Below, in pieces: positions 1 through 10,625 of a DNA stretch of 64,000 nt (its first letter is position 1; each line of letters starts with the position of its first letter). The stretch spans positions 128,001 to 192,000 of the forward strand of contig CAVXTH010000007.1 in assembly GCA_963764625.1 (NCBI GenBank), read 5' to 3'. Origin of the DNA: Candidatus Krumholzibacteriota bacterium. GTDB taxonomy: Bacteria > Krumholzibacteriota > Krumholzibacteriia > JAJRXK01. A program made the position numbers and the translations under genes. Under the pieces are notes generated by a model, which saw only the letters and a program-made list of their open reading frames with translations, ran no database searches and was not told the DNA's origin.

Positions 1-1
1 C

Positions 2-787
2 GATTTGCCCGGTGATCGCCAGAGCCGACGAGAGGTGTACGGCGGAGTGGTAGAAGGAGGGTCGAATCTCCAGCGCCTTGAGATACTCGCCAATGGCTTC
101 GTCGTAGTGTCCCGCGGCCTCGTAGGCCTCGCCGAGTGAGTCGTGGGGATTGGGCTGGTTCTCGGCGTAGTAGGCGTAGCGCCGCAGGTTGGCGATCGCG
201 GAAGTGTAGTCGCCCTTCTGGAGGTAGAGATATCCGAGCTGGTTGTGGCACATCACCTGCGAGGGATCGATCTTGAGCGCGTCTTCGTAGAGCTTGATCG
301 CCTCATCGGAATCAGCGGCAGCCCAAGCTCGTCGGGCCCGGATGAGAATCGAGCGAATGTCATTGGGATACTTTTTCGCCATCTCCTTCAGGACGGCATC
401 CGATTTCTCGTAGTCTTTCGTGATGATGGCGTAGTGGTAGCTGATGTAGAGCCGCTCCATCTCGCTCACGTGGTCGCGCAGCGCATTGGCCTTCTCGATG
501 GCTTCGTCGCAGCCCTTCTCGTCCGAGATGTTGCGGCGCGCCAAGGCCAACTCCACCCACGCGGTCGCGAAGGTGCTGTCCGCTGCCACCGCCTTTTCGA
601 ACGCCTCGGTCGCCTCCTTGAAGAAGAACTTCTCGCGACTGTCGATTCCCTTTTCGTACCAGTTGTAAGCCTCGTCGGAGGAAGTGGTGACGTCACGCGC
701 GGGCGCGCGGTCATCCAAATAGAGCCATGCACCCGCGGAGAGAACGACGAGGAAAAGAAGGAGGAAGACGAGTCGGCGACGATTCAT
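2..787 (-). CDS. Membrane-anchored tetratricopeptide-repeat protein (partial, runs off left edge)
   Basis: Manual translation from ATG at 787: MNRRRLVFLLLFLVVLSAGAWLYLDD...TTSSDEAYNWYEKG...FEKAVAADSTFATAWVELA. N-terminal TM segment followed by TPR-like helices. Not in the ORF track because it has no stop in the window. Confidence 0.75.
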   Translation of the reverse strand, partial: MNRRRLVFLLLFLVVLSAGAWLYLDDRAPARDVTTSSDEAYNWYEKGIDSREKFFFKEATEAFEKAVAADSTFATAWVELALARRNISDEKGCDEAIEKANALRDHVSEMERLYISYHYAIITKDYEKSDAVLKEMAKKYPNDIRSILIRARRAWAAADSDEAIKLYEDALKIDPSQVMCHNQLGYLYLQKGDYTSAIANLRRYAYYAENQPNPHDSLGEAYEAAGHYDEAIGEYLKALEIRPSFYHSAVHLSSALAITGQI

Positions 788-843
788 GAGTTGCGTACCT
801 CAGCCGTGGATCGCCCGGCAAGAATAAAAAGTGAAAACAAAGG

Positions 844-3435
844 CTACCTCCCAACCTTGTCCTCTACGGACTTTCCGGGTTGCGGGTTGCTCATTTCTGG
901 ACTCTCCGCGGTAGCGCGGAGCACGACCACCGTCAGGTCATCCCCGGCGTTCAGCTCGGCAGCCCCCTGTTTCCCCCCGATATGGGCGAAAACCGCGCTC
1001 TTGATCTCCTCGGCCAGGGTCCGGGCCCCGCTCCCCGGGTGCCGGCAGACCACCTCCAGCAGACCGTTCTCGCCGAATTGGTTCTCCACCTTGTCCTCGG
1101 CCTCGGTCACTCCGTCGGTATAGAGCACCAGGGTATCGCCCGTGTTCAGCTCGACCTCGGTCTCGGGATACTCCATGCCGGCGAAGGCTCCCAGCGGAGT
1201 GGCCCCGTCCTCCAACCACACGCAGGTGCCGTCCGTGCGTCGCAACAGCGGAGGGTTGTGACCCGCGCTCGAATACAACAAACGCCGCCGGTCCGGTTCG
1301 AGCGCCGCGAAAAAGAGTGTCGCGAAGCGGTCACTGTCGGTGCTCTCGAAGAGCGAGGTGTTGACCGCCTTCAGAATGGCCGCAGGGCTGTTGTGCATGG
1401 AGGCGAGAGCGCGGAGCGAAGCTTGCAGATTACTCGCTAGGAGCGAGGCTCCCATTCCTTTCCCCGAGACGTCGCTGATCACCAGGCTCATGCGCCCGTC
1501 GAGCAAGGAGACGAAGTCGTAGTAGTCGCCGCTGATTTGGCGCGAAGGTAGATTGATGGCCGCGATGTCGTAGCCGGCGATCGCAGGCACTCGCGAAGGC
1601 AGCAACCTCTGCTGGATGGAACGCGCCAGCGCCAACTCCTCTTCGAGCTGGCGTCGAGAAATCGCCTCATCGTAGAGACGCGTGTTTTCCAGCTGAACCC
1701 CCATTTGTCCCGCCACGATGGTCAGGAGTTCGAGCTCGGAGCTGTCGTAACTCTCTTCGCTGCGTTTCTCTCCCAAACACAACGCGGCCACCAGACGATC
1801 GCCGGCCAACGCCGGCACCACCACTACGTATCTGCTCTCGGTGAGAGTGCGAAGCTCGTTCTCGAGGTAAACTCGATGTGCCGTGGCGCCATCAGCGTCA
1901 TCGGGCCGCAATGGCGTGCTCATGAGTTGGGACTCGAGCACATCCAGCATCAAGGCCGAACGCCGTCCGGCCAGATAGCCGGAAAATTCCTTCAGCTCGC
2001 TCTCGCCATCCGAATCGGGAAGCTGGAGCGCCTCGTTCTCGGCAAGCAGGATCGTGAAGATCTCTGGATGAAAGAGCGTGGTAATACGGTTCTCCACCAA
2101 GTCCATCAGCGCGCTGCGCTCGATGGTTCGAGGCACGGCCAGCGCCAACTCCTGCAGCGCGGCTTGCATGTCGTGCTTCTCCCGGAAGAAGCGCCGCTCG
2201 AGAAATGCCTGGATGCGATCGCGCGCCGGCGCAAACGCGGCGGCCACGATCAAGGTGGCGATGATCGCCACGATCTGGTTGGTCTGACCGGAGGCCTTGA
2301 GCAGGACGTTTCCCACCAGAATGATGATGAGAAAGTAAGCGCCGACCAAAAGGCCGGTGAGGATGGCGTAGATCAGCGAACGCCGGATGATCACTTCGAC
2401 GTCCATCAGGCGGTAGCGTGCGATGGAGTAGCCGAAGGAGACGGGGATCAACACCAGGGGGACTGCGCCAAAGAGCGCGAAGTCACTGCGTCCGGTCCAG
2501 ACTTCGAAGATCATGGTGAAGACCAGGTAGGGCAAAACCCCCAGGACGGTGCCTAGGGTGAGGATCTTCACTTTCTGTCTCATCTTGACGTCGGTGCTGC
2601 GCAGATACGTGGTGATGAGACTCCCGAGTCCGATGGTGAAGTAGAGGCCCAGGATCATCTGCTGCGAGCTGGTGATCTGGGCCGGGCGCGAGCCGAAGAA
2701 CTGACTGTGGGTGAAGCTGCCGTAGTAGAGCAGGGGAAGCACGTAGATCAGTGGCACCATCCACCGGTGGCGGTTCAACACTTCACGATGTTGCGGGAAG
2801 ATGAGGAAGAAATGCAGGAAGAGAGGCGGCACCAAGAGCGAGGACAGCGCCGCCATGTTCCGCGAAAACACCTGACTCCAGTAGTATTCCACCGAGCGAC
2901 CGCTCGAGGAGAAGAAGTAGAGCAGGAAGACCACGCCGAGCAGGAAGAAAACCCTCGATGGGTTCTGCCACGGGTTCTTCCAGAAGACCAACAGGCCCAC
3001 CAGGAAGTAGACGAGCCCCAGCCCGCAGTAGATGAGATAGGTCGTGACGTCGGTGGTGCGTGTGCTTCCCAGACGTACCTGTACCTCGAAGATGTCCCCG
3101 TCGCGGTTCACCATGTAGGGGATCACTTCGCCCACGCGACGATCCCGCAAAAGAACCGCGGCCTGCCGGGGGGAGAGAATCGGCTTGCGGTCGATTCCCT
3201 CGATCACGTCTCCCACTTCAATGGGAAAGAGTTGGTCATCGCGGGTGGCGAGCTGCGCCGGGCCGGCCGGTAGGAGTCCCACGATGCGAATTTCGTCTTG
3301 CCCGAGTTTCCACTCGGCGCCGTCGGTGGGTTTGCGTTGCAGAGCGTCGAATGCACAGAAGCCCGCGGCCATGAGGGCCAAAAGTCCCACGAAGAGGTAG
3401 ACCAAGGGCGGATGTTGGGCCGTCGTATTGGGCAT
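844..3435 (-). CDS. Membrane sensor PP2C/SpoIIE-family phosphatase (PDZ + multi-TM + GAF + SpoIIE)
   Basis: PDZ-like segment (GPAQLA...EVGDVIEGID), several TM helices, a GAF-like region, then PP2C motifs SGDYYD, DVSGKG, SAGHNPP, LYTDGVTE, DDLTVVV. Confidence 0.85.
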   Translation of the reverse strand: MPNTTAQHPPLVYLFVGLLALMAAGFCAFDALQRKPTDGAEWKLGQDEIRIVGLLPAGPAQLATRDDQLFPIEVGDVIEGIDRKPILSPRQAAVLLRDRRVGEVIPYMVNRDGDIFEVQVRLGSTRTTDVTTYLIYCGLGLVYFLVGLLVFWKNPWQNPSRVFFLLGVVFLLYFFSSSGRSVEYYWSQVFSRNMAALSSLLVPPLFLHFFLIFPQHREVLNRHRWMVPLIYVLPLLYYGSFTHSQFFGSRPAQITSSQQMILGLYFTIGLGSLITTYLRSTDVKMRQKVKILTLGTVLGVLPYLVFTMIFEVWTGRSDFALFGAVPLVLIPVSFGYSIARYRLMDVEVIIRRSLIYAILTGLLVGAYFLIIILVGNVLLKASGQTNQIVAIIATLIVAAAFAPARDRIQAFLERRFFREKHDMQAALQELALAVPRTIERSALMDLVENRITTLFHPEIFTILLAENEALQLPDSDGESELKEFSGYLAGRRSALMLDVLESQLMSTPLRPDDADGATAHRVYLENELRTLTESRYVVVVPALAGDRLVAALCLGEKRSEESYDSSELELLTIVAGQMGVQLENTRLYDEAISRRQLEEELALARSIQQRLLPSRVPAIAGYDIAAINLPSRQISGDYYDFVSLLDGRMSLVISDVSGKGMGASLLASNLQASLRALASMHNSPAAILKAVNTSLFESTDSDRFATLFFAALEPDRRRLLYSSAGHNPPLLRRTDGTCVWLEDGATPLGAFAGMEYPETEVELNTGDTLVLYTDGVTEAEDKVENQFGENGLLEVVCRHPGSGARTLAEEIKSAVFAHIGGKQGAAELNAGDDLTVVVLRATAESPEMSNPQPGKSVEDKVGR

Positions 3436-3627
3436 GATTGACGCTTGGTGGTTTTCTGGAACTCAGACTCGAGGTGGCTGCCGGCCTTCGAATTGTACCC
3501 TCTTGCCGAGCTTCTCTCACCCTGATAATTGGACGCACGAGGGGCGCCTCAGGTTGCCGCCCGCACTTTACTCCCCTAGAATCGGCGAATTCCGCTTACC
3601 CAAGTGTAACCCGAGAGGACCGCTTCC

Positions 3628-4470
3628 ATGGATAGTGCTCTTTCGCCGCGCTCGCTCCGACGCTTCATCACCAATGTACTGTGGGAGGTCGCCGAGAGCA
3701 TCGTCAGTCGATTTGGGCACACCGGACCGCTCACCTTCAAGTACGGTCGGGAGGCCATCACCGAGGTAGACCGTCAGGTTGAGGACAAGATCGCACAGGC
3801 GATCCTGGCCCGCTTCCCCGGGCACCGATTCGTGGGAGAAGAGGCGGGAGAGCGCGGAGTGGAGGGTGCGGAGTGGACCTGGCAGGTCGATCCCATCGAC
3901 GGGACCCTCAACTATTCGGTGGGAATTCCGGTGTTCTCCAGCTCGGTGGCCGTCCTCCACCGGGGTGTCCTGCAGGCCGGCGGAGTGCTCGATCCTCTGC
4001 GGCGCGAGATGTTCAGCGCCGCGCGGGGGGAAGGGGCCTTCGTGAGCCGGAAGGACGACGCGGGTGAAGAGGGGGAAGAGCTTTCGTTGAAGGTGAGCGA
4101 TCGCGAGCGCTTTTCCGAGGCGGTCGTAAGCACCCAGTTCGGTCGTTACTCGGTCTTCGTGGAGCATCCCGAGCTTCTGCAGCAGATGCTGCGCCACCCG
4201 CTCAAGACGCGGCGCCTGGGCAGCATCGCGATCGAATTGGCCTGGTTGGCGGCGGGGAGGATCGATCTGCTTCTGGCCGGCAAGCGCTCTCCGATCAACT
4301 TCTACGACATCGCGGCCGGCGCCATTCTGGTCGAGGAAGCGGGAGGACGCATCACCGACGGCCGGGGAAAGCCCCTCAGCGACGACTGTCGGGAGATCAT
4401 CGCCTCCAACACCCGCCTCCACGATGAGCTGGTCGAGATCCTCAATCCCTGGCTGGAAACGCAGGGCTGA
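3628..4470 (+). CDS. suhB: Inositol monophosphatase family protein
   Basis: Motifs GEE, WQVDPIDGTLNY, RRLGS, YDIAAGAILVEEAGG. Confidence 0.85.
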   Translation: MDSALSPRSLRRFITNVLWEVAESIVSRFGHTGPLTFKYGREAITEVDRQVEDKIAQAILARFPGHRFVGEEAGERGVEGAEWTWQVDPIDGTLNYSVGIPVFSSSVAVLHRGVLQAGGVLDPLRREMFSAARGEGAFVSRKDDAGEEGEELSLKVSDRERFSEAVVSTQFGRYSVFVEHPELLQQMLRHPLKTRRLGSIAIELAWLAAGRIDLLLAGKRSPINFYDIAAGAILVEEAGGRITDGRGKPLSDDCREIIASNTRLHDELVEILNPWLETQG

Positions 4471-4966
4471 GACGCCAGCGCTCGAACCATTCCCGTAGCC
4501 CGGATTCGCGCCCAGTGCTGCGAAAGACCCGCGCTTCTTCGCTCGCGCAGAGTTCTTCCCATTGGTGCGCGAGTTTTCTGCGCAGGTAGAGAACTGCCCG
4601 CGCGAGCTTGGGATGCTCAGGGCGCAGGCAGCGGTAGATCGCGTGGTGGAAGAGGAAAGGGAGCTCCGAGGGTTCGCTTTCCACCGAGAATCGGAAGAGA
4701 GCCCACAGAATCGCCCGGCCCAAAGGGTGATCCGCATCCTCCAGAAAGCCCCAGGTGTGTCCCTGCAGGGTATAGGAGAGCCCGCCGCTTCCGCGTAGAT
4801 AGGGGGATTCGCCCAGCTCTTCGCCGAGTTCCCGCATGAGTCGCGCGCTCAGCTCCCGTGAGGCCGCGCGAACCGTCTCCTTGCCACAGGAGGGACAGCG
4901 CGCGGCGGAGGTGGCCAGTGGCTGGGAGCACTTGCAACAGAGGGAAACCGAGGGGTTCTGCTTCAA
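4442..4966 (-). CDS. Hypothetical protein with N-terminal zinc ribbon
   Basis: CCKCSQ...RCPSCG double CxxC. Fills the gap between two + strand genes and overlaps the suhB stop by 29 nt. Confidence 0.4.
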   Translation of the reverse strand: MKQNPSVSLCCKCSQPLATSAARCPSCGKETVRAASRELSARLMRELGEELGESPYLRGSGGLSYTLQGHTWGFLEDADHPLGRAILWALFRFSVESEPSELPFLFHHAIYRCLRPEHPKLARAVLYLRRKLAHQWEELCASEEARVFRSTGRESGLREWFERWRLSPAFPARD

Positions 4967-5079
4967 GTCGATCCGACTCGCTTTCTCCCCGCGCTTGATC
5001 GAACCGGAGTTTCGCCCGTACCTTTGAATGCGCGGAGAATGCCACCCGCCGATTCTGCGCGGCCTTGAGGACTGCCATC

Positions 5080-5703
5080 ATGCCCGTATACCGTAGCACA
5101 CGAGTTCGCACGCCGGCCATCGGTGCCTGGAGTGTGGTCGTCGGCTTCTGCCTGCTCGCTCTGCTGGCATCTCCGGCGCGCGCGGAGCAGATTCGCACCT
5201 CGCAGAGCCCTTGGGTCGGCTGGGTCGGGCCCTGGGCCGATGGGATCATGGGGTTTCGCTTTGGGATGGATCCCGCGTCCGTGCGGCAGGTGGCTTCGGG
5301 GAAGAAGTTGCAGGCCACCGGAGCGCGGTCGGGCACGCTGCACTACCTGGGGAAACTCGCGGGTCGCGACGGCGATCTCGTGCTGGAATTCGCGGTTCCC
5401 AAACAGGGGCCCCAGCGGGGACTGCTCGGCCGCATCCTGATCAGCTGGGACGAGATGAGAGGCATCAGCACTCACGCGATCCAGCTCTTCGATCTCCTGG
5501 ACAAGCTGCTGGCCAAGCGCTACGGGTCGCCGATCTTTCACCGCGATCCGTCCATTTCCGAGATCAACTCTGGCTACAAGCAGAAAGTCCATATCTACCA
5601 GGGGGAAGAGATGTACGCGCGTCTCATGCTCCTGGCCGCCAGCAAGGACATCTTGCGCGTCAGCCTCATCCTGACCTCGCCGCAACTGCATCCCGACTTC
5701 TAA
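5080..5703 (+). CDS. Hypothetical exported protein
   Basis: GAGGA RBS before ATG 5080; hydrophobic signal peptide ending PARA-E. Confidence 0.6.
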   Translation: MPVYRSTRVRTPAIGAWSVVVGFCLLALLASPARAEQIRTSQSPWVGWVGPWADGIMGFRFGMDPASVRQVASGKKLQATGARSGTLHYLGKLAGRDGDLVLEFAVPKQGPQRGLLGRILISWDEMRGISTHAIQLFDLLDKLLAKRYGSPIFHRDPSISEINSGYKQKVHIYQGEEMYARLMLLAASKDILRVSLILTSPQLHPDF

Positions 5704-5843
5704 GAGTTGCGCCGCAATCACACTCAGGTTTCCTGCGACTTCCCCGCCATTGTCTCCCCATTTGGATTTTTCCGCTGACGAGGCTCTGGTCATTTTCCCC
5801 GTGATGTTCTAGGATGCCGCCTCCAATCGAGGGGGAGAGCACC

Positions 5844-6770
5844 ATGGCAGGAGCGAAAGCACAGCGGAAGAAAAGCAGCGGAACGGGCCAAGGCCAGAGC
5901 TCGTCGAAGGGCCGTGCCAAAGGCAAAGGCGGCTCTAAGAGCGGACGCCGCAAGGCAAACCGAACCAAGGGCGGGCCCCGTTTGGCGGAGATGGCGGACA
6001 AGCACGTTCTGTACGAACTGGCGGTGCAGGATCCCGTGCAGGACGTCGCCTTCCTCCTGAAAGCGTACGAGAGCGTCCGCGGCCGCCGTCCGCGCCGTCT
6101 GCGCGAGGACTTTTGCGGCACCGCCGCTGTCTGTGCGCAATGGGTGGGTCAGGGTGAGGACTTTTCCGCCGAGGGCTTCGACCTCGACGGCGACACACTG
6201 CAGTGGGGACGGCAGCGGCATCTTGACCCCCTCGGGGATGCGGCGCAGCGCGTGCAGTTGCACTGCAAAGACGTACGGGAGGCGGGTCTTGCGAAACCGG
6301 ACGTCACCTGCGCCCACAATTTTTCCTACCAGGTTTTTCACACCCGTCCCGCGATGCTGCAGTACTTCAAGTTCGTGCTCGACTCGTTGGCCGAGGAGGG
6401 CGTGTTCGTTCTCGATTTGTACGGCGGTTGGGAATCCACCGAGGAACTCGAGGAGGAGCGCTACATCGAGGGCAGCGACGCGATCTACGTGTGGGACCAG
6501 ATCCGATATTCGCCGGTCACCGGCCGGCAGGACTGCGCCATTCACTTCCGTTTCAAAGACGGCAGCGAGCTGCGCAACGCGTTCCACTACGAGTGGCGTT
6601 ACTGGACGATGTCCGAGCTGAAGGACATTCTCCAAGAGGTGGGATTCGCAAGGATCGACTCCTGGTTCGAAGTGATGGATGACGAAGGCGACGGGACGGG
6701 AGTCTTCGAACCTTCCGACGAAGGCCTGAACTGCGAGAGCTGGCTGGGCTACCTCGTGGCCTACAAGTGA
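5844..6770 (+). CDS. Class I SAM-dependent methyltransferase
   Basis: LYELAVQ, LREDFCGTA motif I, GFDLD, GVFVLDLYGG; GGGGGAG RBS; Lys/Gly-rich N-terminal tail. Confidence 0.8.
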   Translation: MAGAKAQRKKSSGTGQGQSSSKGRAKGKGGSKSGRRKANRTKGGPRLAEMADKHVLYELAVQDPVQDVAFLLKAYESVRGRRPRRLREDFCGTAAVCAQWVGQGEDFSAEGFDLDGDTLQWGRQRHLDPLGDAAQRVQLHCKDVREAGLAKPDVTCAHNFSYQVFHTRPAMLQYFKFVLDSLAEEGVFVLDLYGGWESTEELEEERYIEGSDAIYVWDQIRYSPVTGRQDCAIHFRFKDGSELRNAFHYEWRYWTMSELKDILQEVGFARIDSWFEVMDDEGDGTGVFEPSDEGLNCESWLGYLVAYK

Positions 6771-6906
6771 GGCGAGGGCGGACGGATGCGGCCCGAGCGA
6801 CAGTTTTCCCTTCGCCGAGCCGCGCTTTTGCCCTAAAGTTCTCCGGCGTGCGTTCGCCGCACCCCACCTTTCCGATCGAGTGATCGTTTCATCAGGAGTC
6901 ACCGCA

Positions 6907-8821
6907 ATGCAGAAATCGACCCGTCTGAGAAGCTTGCAGAGCCTGGTTCTCTTGCTGGTGCTCGTGCTCGCGGCCGGCATGGCCTGGGCCATCCCCAACA
7001 CCGACAAACGCGACCAGATCCCCGAGCAGTACAAGTGGAGAGTCAACGACATCTATCCAGACTTCGATGCCTGGGAGAAGGGCTACTCCGATCTCGAGGG
7101 GATGATCAACGACTTCAAAGCGTTCAAGGGCACGCTGGCCGACGGCCCGGATGCTCTGCTCAAGTGCTACCAGCTACAGGACCAGATGGGACAGGTCGCC
7201 TACAAGGTGTGGTCCTACGCCAGCCTGCAGCACGACCAGGATCTGCGCGACACCGGGATCGACAGCTACCGCCAGCGCGCGCAGACGCTGTTCGCCAACT
7301 GGACGCAAGCCACCTCGTGGTTCAATCCCGAATTGCTGAAAATTCCCCATGAGACGATGGAGAAGTGGTTGGAGGGGAAGCGAGGCGCTGTCCCTCTACC
7401 GCTTCGCGATCGAGGACCTCTACCGCCAACAGGCGCATGTACTCGACGAGCAGGGTGAATCGCTGCTCGCGTACAACTCGCAGTTCAACAGCAGTCCCTC
7501 AAACATCTACGCCATGCTCACCACGGCCGACGTGGAGTGGCCCAACGTCGTCTTGAGCAACGGGGACTCACTCAGCGTCACCGCCGGTCAGTACTACGCG
7601 CGCATGGAGAGCGAGCGGAAGCGCGCGGACCGCGAGATGATCTGGCGGGCGTTCCTGGAGACCTTCAACAAGGACATCAACACCTACACCGCCATTTACA
7701 GCGCACTCTGCCAGCGCGACTGGGGCCTGGCGCAGGCGCGCGGCTACGAGTCGACCCTGGACGCGGCTCTGGATGGCAACAACATCCCCACCTCGGTGGT
7801 GGAGAACCTGATCGATGTGGCCAAGAAGGGCGCGGGCCCTCTGCAGAGGTACTACGCGGTGCGCCGCAAGCTGCTCCACGAGGACAAAGTCGCCATCTAC
7901 GACGGCTACGTCTCGCTCGTGCCGAACGAAAAGAAATACCCTTATGAAGAAGCCAAGAAGATGGTGCTCTCCTCGGTGAAAGTGCTGGGCGACGACTACT
8001 ATCAGACGATGAAGAATGGCTTCGAGAACCGCTGGATCGACGTGTACGAGAACGCGGGCAAGCGCAGCGGAGCGTACAGCTCGGGCGTGTACGGGGTGCA
8101 TCCCTACATGCTGCTGAACTACACCGATGGGCTCAGCGACGTCTTCACCGTCGCCCACGAGTTCGGGCATACCATGCATTCGGTCTTGGCGAGCGAACAT
8201 CAGCCTTTCGTCTACAGCGACTACACCATCTTCGTGGCGGAAGTGGCGTCGACTCTCAACGAGGGCCTGCTGCTCGACTACTGGATGGCCCACACCAAGG
8301 ACCCGTACGAGCGCATCAATCTACTGCAGCACGCGATCGATCAGATCGCGCTGACCTTTTACCGACAGACCTGTTTTGCCGACTGGGAGCTGCAAGCGCA
8401 TCAAATGATCGAGGAAGGCAAGCCGGTTACCAGCGACAACTTGAGCCAGCTGTACCTCGATCTGCTACGGCAGTACTACGGATCCGACACCGACATCGAC
8501 GAGCTCTACGGAGCTACCTGGGCCCGGATCCCGCACTTCTTCCGCAGTCCGTACTACGTCTACCAGTACGCCACCTGCTTTGCATCCTCGGCTCAGCTGC
8601 TGAAGGACATTCGCAGCGAGGACCCGAAGGTGAGCAAGGCGGCGGTGAAGCGTCATTTGGCGCTTCTCTCCGCCGGTGGCAGCGACTACCCCATGAACGA
8701 GCTGAAGACGGCGGGGGTCGACCTCACTCAGCGCGAGACCTTTCAGGCGGTCATCGATCAGATGGACCACCTGGTCACGATGCTCGAAGCCGAGGTCGCC
8801 AAGTTACCCGAGAAGAAGTAG
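6907..8821 (+). CDS. pepF: Oligoendopeptidase F (M3B) with signal peptide; split by one frameshift near 7375-7381
   Basis: N-part RDQIPEQYKWRVNDIY (ORF 6880-7458) continues in ORF 7349-8821 with RWIDVYENAGKRSGAYS, HEFGH zinc motif, IFVAEVAST and WARIPHF. The junction lies at the GGAGGGGAAG run. Confidence 0.9.
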
Positions 8822-8851
8822 CGCGGGCTGCTTCGGAGGCGAAATCGTATC

Positions 8852-8881
8852 GCGCGCCGCTCGAATGGGCGGCGCGCTTTT
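8852..8881 (+). terminator. Intrinsic terminator after pepF
   Basis: GCGCGCCGC-N8-GCGGCGCGC followed by TTTT. Confidence 0.7.
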
Positions 8882-8911
8882 CGTTGGCCGAATCGAGTTC
8901 AGATGGGGAGC

Positions 8912-10321
8912 TCAGATCTCGCTCCTGCGTAGCTGGGCCAGCATCGATTCGGTGAGGCCCACCGGGAAGACCTCGCCCTCCTCGAGAGCGGGGGCGAAGC
9001 GCTCCAAGGCGTCGGCGACCTGGGCGAAGTCCTGGGGAACCGCAGCGCCCTCAGCTTCTCCGTCGGCGGCCGCGCTGCTGGTGAGGATCGTGTCGAGTTC
9101 CTTCAAGCTCTTCCCGTGGATCATGGCCTGCGCCGCGGCGGCGAGCAGCAAGTAGGGCTGCACCGACCCGTCCGCCAACCGGAACTCGATGGTGGGCGGC
9201 GTGACCGCGCTGCCGTCCTCGCTCACGGCCTGAATGGGAAGGCGAACGAGCGCGTGGCGGTTGAAGCGCCCCCAGGTGATGGACGAGGGGACTTCCCTGC
9301 CCTGACTCAGACGCAGGAACGAATCCTCGCTGCGGTTGCCGAAGGCCATGAGCGCGCCGCCCATGGTGACGAATCCACCGATGAGCCAGCGCGCTTCCTG
9401 GCTGAGATTTCCCGAATCGTCCATCCCCCCCAGATGCTTCTTGTCCTTGAAGGGGGAGAAGTGGAAGTGCATCCCGCTACCGGCGTGTCCCGCGCGCAGG
9501 ATGGGATCGAAAGAGCAGGGCATGCCGTGGAGGTGCGCCAGGTGGCGCAGGACCCACTGGGTGAGCACGACCCCCTCGGCGGCATCGGGCAGGGGCCGTA
9601 GCGCCAGTTCGATCTCGTGCTGCTCCCAGATGTGACCGTCGGTTTCACTCGCCTCGATGTAACCGACCTCACTATGGCCGTACTTCACGCTTACGCCGAT
9701 CTCGGTGAGAATGGCCAGCGCCTCACGACGCAGTCGCTCTCCGAAGACGAAGGGGGCGGTGGCGTGGTAGCCTCGATCGTGGGTGCCGTAAACGTCGCTC
9801 TCTTCGGCCCGTTTGCCCAGGAAGAACTCCACCTCTCCCAGCGCGAGAAGCTCCACTCCCGTCAGTTCGCGCACGCGATCGTACGCGCGCCGCACGATGG
9901 TGTCGGGAGACTGCGGCAAAGGACTTCCATCGCGACCCCTGTGCTGGCAGACGAAGGCCAGAGTGGGGTAGGGGCTGAAGGGATCGAAGAACGCGCTGTC
10001 GATCCTCGGGCGCAGCACGATGTCACTGGCATCCGCCTTGATTCCCGTATCCGGAAATAGAGAGGAACCGTCGGCGCGCTCGCCGGCAGCCAGGATCTCG
10101 CGGAGGTGCTCTTGGCTGCGCGGTGCGAAGTCGAGAGTCTTCAGGCAGCCATCGCTGCCGACGTGCATGAGTGCGATCGTGCGCACCCCGTTGTCCTGTA
10201 CCACGCGCACCATGTCATGGATGGTCCACTGACTGCTCGGTTTCCCCAGGAAACGGCGAACCCGACCGGCCGGGAGGGGGGTGCGGCCTTCGTCGATCCA
10301 GTGCCGGGGCGTCGAGTTCAT
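8912..10321 (-). CDS. Glutamine synthetase type I family protein
   Basis: DGSS, GEVEFFL, HSEVG, EQHEIE, HAGSGMHFHFS, WGRFNRHALVR, IEFRLADGS motifs. Confidence 0.8.
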   Translation of the reverse strand: MNSTPRHWIDEGRTPLPAGRVRRFLGKPSSQWTIHDMVRVVQDNGVRTIALMHVGSDGCLKTLDFAPRSQEHLREILAAGERADGSSLFPDTGIKADASDIVLRPRIDSAFFDPFSPYPTLAFVCQHRGRDGSPLPQSPDTIVRRAYDRVRELTGVELLALGEVEFFLGKRAEESDVYGTHDRGYHATAPFVFGERLRREALAILTEIGVSVKYGHSEVGYIEASETDGHIWEQHEIELALRPLPDAAEGVVLTQWVLRHLAHLHGMPCSFDPILRAGHAGSGMHFHFSPFKDKKHLGGMDDSGNLSQEARWLIGGFVTMGGALMAFGNRSEDSFLRLSQGREVPSSITWGRFNRHALVRLPIQAVSEDGSAVTPPTIEFRLADGSVQPYLLLAAAAQAMIHGKSLKELDTILTSSAAADGEAEGAAVPQDFAQVADALERFAPALEEGEVFPVGLTESMLAQLRRSEI

Positions 10322-10392
10322 GGCGAGGCCTCTCTGTGTCCAGTGGAATCGGCCCGAGATTCTCTTGTGGTGGAAAGCCTCAATGCCATTGA

Positions 10393-10479
10393 TGGTGCCC
10401 GGAGGGAGACTCGAACTCCCACGAGGTTGCCCCCACTACGACCTGAACGTAGCGCGTCTGCCAATTCCGCCATCCGGGC
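10393..10479 (-). tRNA. tRNA-Leu(CAG)
   Basis: Reverse complement GCCCGGATGGCGGAATTGGCAGACGCG-CTACG TT CAG GT CGTAG-long variable arm-GTTCGAGTC...CCGGGCACCA; CCA is encoded. Confidence 0.95.
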
Positions 10480-10521
10480 GCCCGTACAGCGCGAGGAGCT
10501 GGGCTCCTCGGCGGGGAACGG

Positions 10522-10550
10522 AGAATAGTCAGGGCAATCGCGGGTGTCAA
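10522..10550 (-). promoter_or_regulatory. Sigma70 promoter of tRNA-Leu
   Basis: TTGACA-17 nt-TATTCT on the minus strand, ~40 nt upstream of the tRNA. Confidence 0.75.
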
Positions 10551-10625
10551 GAAAGGCCCCGATCCCGCCGTTGCCCCTTGGGGCGCGGTCTGTTAGCTTG
10601 ATTCTCCGCCGGGGGAGAGAACTTG

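Noticed and set aside
143-1123. Long antisense ORFs (e.g. 143-1123, 5790-7052, 11219-12652, 32430-34727, 5' parts of 27928-30012, 21277-22869 and 35560-37206)
   Set aside because: Shadow ORFs opposite or upstream of motif-supported genes, typical of high-GC DNA
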